Of a DNA stretch of 48,080 nt, positions 17,855 to 25,685 are shown piece after piece (the first letter of the stretch is position 1; each line of letters begins with the position of its first letter). The stretch comes from Bacteroidia bacterium (GTDB taxonomy: Bacteria > Bacteroidota > Bacteroidia > Palsa-965). The stretch spans positions 1 to 48,080 of the forward strand of contig DATJEX010000040.1 of NCBI GenBank assembly GCA_035496135.1, given 5' to 3'. Below the pieces are notes generated by a model. The model was not told where the DNA came from and ran no database searches. It worked only from the letters and a program-made list of their open reading frames with translations. The translations under genes were made by a program, and so were the position numbers.

Positions 17855-17944
17855 GTACTAACTACGAACCAAACCCGAATGTACAAACCACTAACAGTTC
17901 GAAATTTCGTGGTTCGGAGTTTCGGTCTGGTTCGCTGTTAGTAC
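17855..17944. repeat. Long intergenic hairpin element related to the GTAC..ACGAAC family
   Basis: Arms gtactaactacgaaccaaacccgaa (17855-17879) and ttcggtctggttcgctgttagtac (17921-17944), plus an inner aaccac/gtggtt stem. It lies between convergent genes. Confidence 0.7.
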
Positions 17945-17948
17945 CCCA

Positions 17949-18320
17949 TTATTTACGCTGGTAGGTTCGCGTAAACTTCTTCGCCCACCAGATGAGGTAA
18001 AACTGCAGTGGGATTCTCGCCAGTGATATCCAGAACCATTTTGCGTTCGTTCCATAAAATGAGATCGTGTCGGGAATGTGAATGACAAAAAGAAAAACGA
18101 CCAGCATCGCGATGATCAGCCACGCCGATATTTTTCTTGTTTGGGGAAGATAAAGTGCGAGCCCGAGAAGGATTTCAATTATTCCACTCACAAGAATAAG
18201 CAAAGCATGCTGCGGGATCCACGATGGCATGAGCCGGTCGTAGAAAACCGGATCGATGAAATGATAAACTCCGGCGAGGCTGTATACCGGCGGCATCAGC
18301 CAGAAGAGGGCTTTTCTCAT
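17949..18320 (-). CDS. DoxX-like small membrane protein
   Basis: Four hydrophobic segments. ATG at 18320 is preferred over the TTG at 18329. The family call is from memory. Confidence 0.45.
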   Translation of the reverse strand: MRKALFWLMPPVYSLAGVYHFIDPVFYDRLMPSWIPQHALLILVSGIIEILLGLALYLPQTRKISAWLIIAMLVVFLFVIHIPDTISFYGTNAKWFWISLARIPLQFYLIWWAKKFTRTYQRK

Positions 18321-18338
18321 ATATACCAATGTTACTTT

Positions 18339-18469
18339 CTACTGTACGAACTACGAAATTGACGAAGTACCTAATACGAATTCGCTAAAAATACGAAGTA
18401 CGAAAGGTATACCCGGATCCGTATTCTTTCGTACTTCGTATTTCGTGCATTTCGTAATTCGTACAGTAG
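18339..18469. repeat. Long intergenic hairpin element, GTACGAACTACGAAAT-terminus family
   Basis: Outer arms ctactgtacgaactacgaaatt... and ...atttcgtaattcgtacagtag. There is an inner perfect 18-bp inverted repeat (18389-18406 with 18426-18443). It shares the 16-mer gtacgaactacgaaat with 16471-16486. Confidence 0.8.
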
Positions 18470-19189
18470 CTACGCAGTTTTGGATGAATCAGCTACCAGC
18501 TTATTGATCGTGTCCATCTCCGCTTTCGTGAAATCCCTCCACTCTCCTGTCTGCAGTCCGCCGAGTTTGATGTTCATGATGCGGACGCGTTTCAGTTTGG
18601 TCACTTCATATTCGAGGTAAGAACACATCCGGCGGATCTGGCGATTCAATCCCTGCGTGAGAATGATGCGGAACTGGTTTTTGCCGGTTTGCTCCACGAA
18701 ACATTTTTTGGTCACTGTTTCGAGAATGGGAATACCGTTCGACATTCTGTGGATGAAATCTTCCGTTACCGGGCGATCCACATTCACGATGTATTCTTTC
18801 TCGTGATTGTTTCCGGCGCGGAGGATTTTGTTCACGATGTCCCCGTCATTCGTGAGAAAGATCAAGCCTTCCGAATCCTTATCCAATCTGCCGATGGGAA
18901 ATATCCGCATCGGGTGATTGATGTAATCGATGATATTTCCTTTGATGTGACGTTCCGTTGTGCAAGTGATGCCGCGCGGTTTATTGAAGGCGATGTAATG
19001 TGCTTCTGCTTTTTCTTTGATCGGTTTTCCATCTACCCGCACATCATCCGCATCCGAAACTTTTGTTCCGAGTTCGGGAACCTTTCCATTCACCGTCACT
19101 CTTCCCTGCTCAATGAAAGAATCCGCTTCCCTGCGCGAACAGAATCCTGTCTGCGAAATGTATTTGTTCAGGCGGGTGAGTTCCTCCAC
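18470..19189 (-). CDS. rluF: Pseudouridine synthase, RsuA/RluF family (S4 domain plus catalytic domain)
   Basis: N-terminal S4 motif ([18 protein letters not shown]) and catalytic [10 protein letters not shown] motif. Confidence 0.85.
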   Translation of the reverse strand: MEELTRLNKYISQTGFCSRREADSFIEQGRVTVNGKVPELGTKVSDADDVRVDGKPIKEKAEAHYIAFNKPRGITCTTERHIKGNIIDYINHPMRIFPIGRLDKDSEGLIFLTNDGDIVNKILRAGNNHEKEYIVNVDRPVTEDFIHRMSNGIPILETVTKKCFVEQTGKNQFRIILTQGLNRQIRRMCSYLEYEVTKLKRVRIMNIKLGGLQTGEWRDFTKAEMDTINKLVADSSKTA

Positions 19190-19191
19190 GT

Positions 19192-19719
19192 TCAGAGTTT
19201 TGAATCGATCCTTCGCAACATCACCCAGTCTTCCTGCACATCTTTCCCGAGCATGAAGGTGGTGGTGCCAACGATCTCAAAATTCCATTTCACATAAAAC
19301 TCAATCGCGCCGCTGTTCTTCTGCCAGACATCGAGATGGATCGCATCACATTTATTTTCCTTCGCGAACGAGATCACTTTTTCCATCAGCATTTTCCCTA
19401 TGCCTTTGCCGATGTGATCGACTCCGGCGTAAAAGCGGAGAATTTCAACCGGCCGGTGCATTTTTGTTTTTTCCTTCGGCGGATCCAATCCCAATTTCAC
19501 ATAACCGATCAGTTCTCCTTCTTCCTCCGCGACAAAGAAAAGCGAATCCTCATCCTGCAATTCAGCGCTGATCTGCTCCTCGGAAAATTTTTCACCGAGA
19601 TACTGCTGCATATTTTCTTCTGTATTGAAGGGAGCATAGGCATGATGAAAAGTGGAAATGCACAACTCCCTCAACGCGTGAAGATCATTCTCGTCGGCCT
19701 GGCGGATCTTAATTTGCAT
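19192..19719 (-). CDS. GNAT family N-acetyltransferase
   Basis: Acetyl-CoA binding pattern ([12 protein letters not shown]) within a 175-aa GNAT-sized ORF. Confidence 0.75.
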   Translation of the reverse strand: MQIKIRQADENDLHALRELCISTFHHAYAPFNTEENMQQYLGEKFSEEQISAELQDEDSLFFVAEEEGELIGYVKLGLDPPKEKTKMHRPVEILRFYAGVDHIGKGIGKMLMEKVISFAKENKCDAIHLDVWQKNSGAIEFYVKWNFEIVGTTTFMLGKDVQEDWVMLRRIDSKL

Positions 19720-20317
19720 TGTCGGCCCGCCTCTCCGGGATTTCTGATTCGACAGGTGACTGGAAATATTGCGGATAATTATTCCTGTTCACGAATCGTC
19801 CGTAATTCTCCGTGTGATAAACTCTTGATGATCGCCATCCGAGCTGATCGAAAAGTTTTTCCATTTTCATGCAGCATTCCACGTCCGCCGGCGTCACTTT
19901 CCACCACTCACCCGATTTGATCGTGTTGCTCACCGCGATCCAGAAATATCCTTCACCAATGAACACGTAAACATTCACGCCGAGAATATTCTGGAATTTC
20001 GGTTGCGCGAGTTCCGGAAATGAAACGATCGGATCGGGAAGCGTCACCGCATTCTCCTTACTCACATTTACTTTACGATCGAATGTCTTTTCCCCGGGCA
20101 CTATCGCTTTCAATTCTATTCCGAGTGCTTTCATTTTTTCAAGCAGATCCTCTTTCCCGTCAAAAGAAAATGAAACGACAAATTCATCACCATCGGTCAC
20201 AAATTCATTCAGTCCGCCTCGTGCAAAAGTGAAATAACGGAAGTCGTTGATCCACTTCAGCACATCAGCACGCTCGTAGTTGCCGAAAATTATTTTATCA
20301 GGATATCTCTCAGTCAT
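19709..20317 (-). CDS. Hypothetical protein
   Basis: 202-aa ORF, co-directional with the GNAT start and overlapping it by 11 nt. No recognisable motif. Confidence 0.45.
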   Translation of the reverse strand: MTERYPDKIIFGNYERADVLKWINDFRYFTFARGGLNEFVTDGDEFVVSFSFDGKEDLLEKMKALGIELKAIVPGEKTFDRKVNVSKENAVTLPDPIVSFPELAQPKFQNILGVNVYVFIGEGYFWIAVSNTIKSGEWWKVTPADVECCMKMEKLFDQLGWRSSRVYHTENYGRFVNRNNYPQYFQSPVESEIPERRADNAN

Positions 20318-20352
20318 GTGTTCTATACAAAATTACGCAATCGCTTCATTCA

Positions 20353-23300
20353 CTAAACCCTCACCCCGATCACCAGCATATCATCCACCTGTTCATACGT
20401 TCCTTTCCACGTTTCGATCGTCTGGTCAAGAATACGATGCTGGTCGATCATTTCCTGGTCCTGCATGTTCAGCAACAGCGCTTTCATCTGCGAGAGTTTG
20501 AATTTCTTTCCCTGTGGCCCACCGAACTGATCGGCATAACCGTCGGAGAAAAGATAAATGGTGTCGCCGCTCTGCAATTGCACGGTGGTGTCGGAATAGG
20601 ATTTTGCATTCTCTTCCTTGAATCCGCCAATGGAAATTTTATCCGCTTTGTATTCCGTGAACTGTTTTCCGCGGAACATATAGATCGGGTTGAATGCGCC
20701 TGAATATTTCATCTCGAGTGTATCCAGGTCAAGAGAAACGAGTGCGATATCCACACCATCCCGCACCTGGATATCGTCAATCGTATGGCGCATCTTGTCG
20801 CTCATCTCTTTGTTCAACCGGTCGAGTAATTGCGCAGGCGTTTCGGATTCATGTCCGTTCAGCGCGGCCACGATCATGTCGTTGGTGAGAATGCTCATGA
20901 AAGCGCCCGGAACACCGTGACCGGTACAATCGACCGCCGCGATGAAAACTTTTCTTTTTCCATTCACATTCGCCGGGCGATAGAAATAAAAATCACCGCT
21001 CACGATGTCTTTCGGTTTGTAGAGAATGAAAGAATCCGGGATGGCTTTTCTCATTTCGCGGCTTGGCAACAGCATCGTGTCCTGCAACCGTTTCGCGTAA
21101 CGGATACTGTCCATCACTTCTTTGTTGCGAAGTGCGAGTTCTTCGTTCTTCAACGCGAGTTCAAGCGTACGCTCTTCCACTTTTTCTTCGAGCACCCGTT
21201 TCTGTTTTTTCAGATTACTCGTGCGCCATTTGTCAAATCCGTAAATGAGGAAGATCACCACGAGTACCATGATCACGTAGAACGTCGCGGTTTGCCAGAA
21301 TGGTGGACGGATGTAGAATTTATATTCGACGGCGGCCTTGTTCCATTCACCATCGTTGTTGCAGGCTTTCACCATGAAGGTGTATTCACCGGGAGAAAGA
21401 TTCGAATACACGGCTTCGTTCAGGTGCGTTGGAACAGGAGACCAATCCTTGTCGAAACCTTCGAGCATGTATTGGTATTTCACTTTTTCCGGATTCGTCA
21501 ATGAAACGCCTGCGAAAACGAACGTGAGGTGATTCTGGTCGTAACTGAATTTTCCTTCATCGGGAAAATCAGCATCACGCATGAAGATCTTCAGTCCGCT
21601 GATCGCTGTGACCGGCTCCACTTTATTCCGGATGTTCTGTTTCGGATCGAATTTCACCGCGCCCATGATCGTTCCGAACCACAAACTTCCGTCACGATTC
21701 AATGACGCTGCATTCGGATTCACTTCCACACCGAGGAATCCTTCGCTTCTTCCGTAATGCGAGAACGTGCTGTCTTTCCTGTCGAAAAGATCGAGTCCGC
21801 GGCTGTTTCCTACCCAGATATTATTGTCGTTATCGCAAATGATCGCATAAGGAGATTCTGTCGACAGGCCATTCTTCATGGTGTAATTCGTGAAGACTCT
21901 TCCATCGTATTCGTAAACGCCGCCGCCATAAGCACCGAACCAGATGTTGTGTTCGTTGTCTTCGTCAATGGCGAGGATGAAACGATGAACGATCCCGCTC
22001 GACTCATCGTACTTGGTGAATCCCTGTCCGTCGTAAACGGAGAGATATCCGCCGAGCGCACCGAACCAGATATTGTCGCGGCTGTCACGGAAGATCCGGT
22101 ACACGTTATTTCCACCGAGTCCGTCTTCCACGGTATAATTCCGGAACGTCTTCAACACCGGATCGAAACGTGAAGCGCCTTCTTTTGTTCCGAACCAGAG
22201 ATTGCCATGCGCATCTGAATTGATCGCGTACACGACATCACTCGCAAGTCCATCTTTCGTGGAATACGTTTCAAATTTTGTTTCTCCATTCGCGAGCTTA
22301 CTCACTCCGCCGAATCCTGTTCCCACCCACATGTTGTGCTGATCATCTTCATAAAGCGAAAGAATGACGTTGCTTCCGAGTCCATCTGCCGTGGAATAAT
22401 TCTTCGCGCTGAATTTTCTTTCGCCTGTTCCTTCTACAGTGAAAAATGTAAGCTTGGTCAAACCATCATTCGTTCCCAGCCAGACATTTCCTTCATGATC
22501 ACTGAGTGTGGCCCAGACGATATCGTTGTTGAGTCCGTCCTGGCGATCGAACAACTGAAACCGTTCTCCGCGATATTGATTCAATCCCACATCAGTACCG
22601 ATCCAGACATTTCCTTCGCGGTCTTCGAGGATCGCATTCACGTTGAAATAATTCAGTCCCTGTTTCGTATTGTAATTTTTCACGATCGCATGATCGAGCG
22701 CGTCGAGACGGTTTTTTGCCGTGGGTGAAGGAGTGATCTTCGAAGCGCCGCCACCCGTCGTTCCGATCCAGATATTTCCTTTCGAATCCATTTTGATCGC
22801 TTCGATGAAATCGGATCCTGTTCCCTGCGCGCTCGCGTACGAGCGCATCGCCGGCACAAGCGTGGGCGCATTGCGATTCACAAACCCGGCAGGCAATTGC
22901 AGCACGATCACACCTTTGTCGCCCGTTCCCACCCACATTTCCGTTCCGTCGTTCGAAAGTTCAAGTGAGGTGATGACATCACTCACAAATCCGCGTGCCG
23001 AATTGAAATCGACGAACGATGCCGGTGAACTGATATCTCCTTTTGTATCGCAGATGGTGATGCCATGATCAGTAGCGATCCACATGTTCCCGCTTTTGTC
23101 GAGCGCGAGATCATACACATTCGCACTTGCGAGTCCGTCCTTCACGTTGAGCGCGAACTTTTTATTCTTGACCGGATCGTAAATGAAAATTCCGGAACCT
23201 TCTGTCGCGATCCACACGAATCCCTGTTCATCTTCCGTGATCGCGGTTACGGTGTGAAAGCGTGTGTATTCCTCGAGATTGAGGCTTTCGAATTTTTTGG

Positions 23301-23619
23301 TCTTGATGCTGTACCGGCTCACACTTCCTGCCCAATGGCCGAACCAGATGTCTCCTTTCGAATCCTTGTAGGAAGTCGTCACCCAGTCTTCTGCGAGTCC
23401 ATCCTTCTTGGAAAAATTCTCGAAGGTCAATCCATTGTAGCGTGATAATCCGGCAAGTGTTCCGATCCACAGATTACCATCATCATCCTGCACGAGTGAT
23501 TGCACCTGCGATTGAACGAGTCCCTGCTCAACGCCGTAGGTAATGAAACTGGTTGTCTGGGCGACCGCGGAAAGAGAAAGAAAAAGGAATAGAAAAAGAG
23601 AAGCGTATTTTCTGAGCAT
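20353..23619 (-). CDS. Sensor protein: periplasmic two-component-regulator beta-propeller repeats plus Y_Y_Y domain, one TM segment, and a cytoplasmic PP2C/SpoIIE phosphatase
   Basis: Signal peptide, then many repeats of the form ..D..GN.WIGT..GL. It has a Y_Y_Y-like segment (YQYMLEGFDKDWS), a TM segment (FYVIMVLVVIFLIYGF), and a C-terminal SpoIIE-type domain (SGDFYF.., DCTGHGVPGA, LFSDGYADQ). Confidence 0.85.
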   Translation of the reverse strand: MLRKYASLFLFLFLSLSAVAQTTSFITYGVEQGLVQSQVQSLVQDDDGNLWIGTLAGLSRYNGLTFENFSKKDGLAEDWVTTSYKDSKGDIWFGHWAGSVSRYSIKTKKFESLNLEEYTRFHTVTAITEDEQGFVWIATEGSGIFIYDPVKNKKFALNVKDGLASANVYDLALDKSGNMWIATDHGITICDTKGDISSPASFVDFNSARGFVSDVITSLELSNDGTEMWVGTGDKGVIVLQLPAGFVNRNAPTLVPAMRSYASAQGTGSDFIEAIKMDSKGNIWIGTTGGGASKITPSPTAKNRLDALDHAIVKNYNTKQGLNYFNVNAILEDREGNVWIGTDVGLNQYRGERFQLFDRQDGLNNDIVWATLSDHEGNVWLGTNDGLTKLTFFTVEGTGERKFSAKNYSTADGLGSNVILSLYEDDQHNMWVGTGFGGVSKLANGETKFETYSTKDGLASDVVYAINSDAHGNLWFGTKEGASRFDPVLKTFRNYTVEDGLGGNNVYRIFRDSRDNIWFGALGGYLSVYDGQGFTKYDESSGIVHRFILAIDEDNEHNIWFGAYGGGVYEYDGRVFTNYTMKNGLSTESPYAIICDNDNNIWVGNSRGLDLFDRKDSTFSHYGRSEGFLGVEVNPNAASLNRDGSLWFGTIMGAVKFDPKQNIRNKVEPVTAISGLKIFMRDADFPDEGKFSYDQNHLTFVFAGVSLTNPEKVKYQYMLEGFDKDWSPVPTHLNEAVYSNLSPGEYTFMVKACNNDGEWNKAAVEYKFYIRPPFWQTATFYVIMVLVVIFLIYGFDKWRTSNLKKQKRVLEEKVEERTLELALKNEELALRNKEVMDSIRYAKRLQDTMLLPSREMRKAIPDSFILYKPKDIVSGDFYFYRPANVNGKRKVFIAAVDCTGHGVPGAFMSILTNDMIVAALNGHESETPAQLLDRLNKEMSDKMRHTIDDIQVRDGVDIALVSLDLDTLEMKYSGAFNPIYMFRGKQFTEYKADKISIGGFKEENAKSYSDTTVQLQSGDTIYLFSDGYADQFGGPQGKKFKLSQMKALLLNMQDQEMIDQHRILDQTIETWKGTYEQVDDMLVIGVRV

Positions 23620-23625
23620 AAAAAG

Positions 23626-24906
23626 TTAACTGCGTTTGTGCTTGAAGAGTTCTGCTTCGTATGTTTTGATATCTATTTCCACATTATCATGATAATAGTA
23701 GCAGCTTCCCCACCAGTATTGTTCCATCCGGAAGATCGTGCGTATTCCTCCCGGCCAGCTGATGACCGTAGATTTCACATCGCGGAAAAATCCATCATCC
23801 GTTGTTTCCACGATATTCGGTGACGGTGCGTAACTCATATTGGTGTATGCGATCACGGGTTTCAGCTGGCTTGCACGGATGTCTCGTTCAACAAGTGCGG
23901 CAGTGGTGATGAGATCTTTGATCGCTGATTCTTTCACTTGTTTGTTCGCGAGCGTCTGTCGTGCTCTTTCTTTCTGCTGTTCGATCAGGAATGCGCTGAG
24001 TGCTTTTACTTCGGCTTCGCGACGCAGGATGGTGACGACGGTGTTCCCTTCCGCGTCTTCCTTCAGCTTGTTGTATTTCTTGATGTTGGTGGCGCGTTCA
24101 CTTTCCGCCACGAGTTTGAGCAGGTTATTCTCATACTCCGCGCGGATATTCTTGTTCTGCTTCTCCCGCGTAAGGCGATCCTGTTTTTCCTTTTCCAGCT
24201 GAATGGCGTCGGTGGTCACGACAGGTTGTGCATCGTCGGTTGTGGAGGTAGTGGTAGCGCTCTGGTCATTGGCTTTGTTTCTCGCGTCTTCGGCTGCGCG
24301 CGCACGGTCATCCGCTTCCTGCTGCAAACGCAAACGTTCCGCTTCGTCTATTCTCGCCTGCTCTTCGGCCTGCAACCTCGCTTTGTCTTCGGCCAGTTTT
24401 CTCGCTGCTTCCTGCTGCTTGAGCAATTCATCATTCGGATCCTTGAAGATCTCGTCTATGAAACGGTACGTTGGATCGTCGTGAAATCCTTTACTTCCGT
24501 CAAAAACAACTTTGATGAATGGTTTCTGCGAGAAAAGCTGCGTATTCACTTTCGGATCGGCCGAAGTGAAAAAAGGGATCTCGGCAACATAATCGGGATA
24601 GATCCAGGCTTTATCCGCTGGCACGTTCAGGTCCATGGTCATATACATCGGCACACATCCGAGCGCTGAATAATTGATCGTGTACGTGTGTCCAAGATCG
24701 ATGGTGAATTTGAATTTGCCGTTCTTGCCCGTTGTGAGATTGATGATCTGCTTCCCGTCCATGAGCACGCTCACATTCGCTCCGGAAAGCGGGCTGCCGT
24801 TGAAAGTGGCGGTGCCGAAAAAGCGCATGTCGCCCTGTGCCCTTGCAATGAAAGTTGCCAGGCCAAGGATTAAAACCAGGATATTTTTCCGGAATAACGG
24901 GCTCAT
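23626..24906 (-). CDS. Hypothetical secreted protein with a carboxypeptidase-regulatory-like N-domain and a Q/E/A/R-rich coiled coil
   Basis: Start set at the ATG at 24906, which gives a signal peptide (MSPLFRKNILVLILGLATFIARAQG). The GTG at 25026 would overlap marC. Confidence 0.55.
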   Translation of the reverse strand: MSPLFRKNILVLILGLATFIARAQGDMRFFGTATFNGSPLSGANVSVLMDGKQIINLTTGKNGKFKFTIDLGHTYTINYSALGCVPMYMTMDLNVPADKAWIYPDYVAEIPFFTSADPKVNTQLFSQKPFIKVVFDGSKGFHDDPTYRFIDEIFKDPNDELLKQQEAARKLAEDKARLQAEEQARIDEAERLRLQQEADDRARAAEDARNKANDQSATTTSTTDDAQPVVTTDAIQLEKEKQDRLTREKQNKNIRAEYENNLLKLVAESERATNIKKYNKLKEDAEGNTVVTILRREAEVKALSAFLIEQQKERARQTLANKQVKESAIKDLITTAALVERDIRASQLKPVIAYTNMSYAPSPNIVETTDDGFFRDVKSTVISWPGGIRTIFRMEQYWWGSCYYYHDNVEIDIKTYEAELFKHKRS

Positions 24907-25002
24907 TTCGTCTCCTATAAAAATAGTGATTTTCCGTTCAGGAAATTGCTTCGGCGTGAATGATTTTTCATTTGTAAAATCGCTGCCGTTCCTAATTACA
25001 TT

Positions 25003-25010
25003 TACCTTTG
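25003..25010 (+). promoter_or_regulatory. Bacteroidota -7 promoter box TACCTTTG
   Basis: Exact TAnnTTTG match, 18 nt upstream of the marC ATG. Confidence 0.4.
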
Positions 25011-25028
25011 TTTTCGCCTTATTCACCG

Positions 25029-25625
25029 ATGATCCTGAAATTCGATATCAAAGAAATAGCCACGGCAACCATGGTGTTGTTTGCCGTGATCGACGTGGTC
25101 GGTTCCATCCCTGTCATCATTGGCCTGCGGCAGAAAGTGGGCGAACTCAATTCGGAGAAAGCTTCGGTCGTTTCTTTCTTCATCATGATCGGTTTCCTTT
25201 TCATCGGTAAACCCATGCTCAATCTTATCGGCATCGAAGTTTCCGATTTCGCGATCGCGGGATCGTTCGTGCTTTTCTTTCTTTCGCTGGAGATGATCCT
25301 TGGTATCCGCCTGTACAAGGACGAAGTTCCTTCCACAGCTTCGGTCATGCCGCTTGCCTTTCCGCTCATTGCCGGAACAGGAACACTCACCACGCTGCTT
25401 TCACTCCGCGCCGATTATAATATTCTCAGTATCGTGATCGCTATCTGCATTAACGTGATCATCGTTTATTTCACGCTGAAGAATATTTCACGGCTCGAAA
25501 AATTCCTGGGCGTTGGAGGTGTTGCCATTCTCCGCAAAGTATTCGGCATTGTATTGCTGGCCATCGCGGTAAAACTTTTCCGCACCAATCTCATTGAGCA
25601 TATGCATATGCTTCCGGCGAAATAG
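25029..25625 (+). CDS. marC: MarC family (UPF0056) integral membrane protein
   Basis: About 198 aa with six hydrophobic segments. The N-terminal pattern FAVIDVVGSIPVI is typical of MarC. Confidence 0.7.
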   Translation: MILKFDIKEIATATMVLFAVIDVVGSIPVIIGLRQKVGELNSEKASVVSFFIMIGFLFIGKPMLNLIGIEVSDFAIAGSFVLFFLSLEMILGIRLYKDEVPSTASVMPLAFPLIAGTGTLTTLLSLRADYNILSIVIAICINVIIVYFTLKNISRLEKFLGVGGVAILRKVFGIVLLAIAVKLFRTNLIEHMHMLPAK

Positions 25626-25685
25626 GGAAGTTCCCGGGACTAATTCTCTTCCGCTCCATTCGTTCTCATTAAACGCAGCGTTGTT

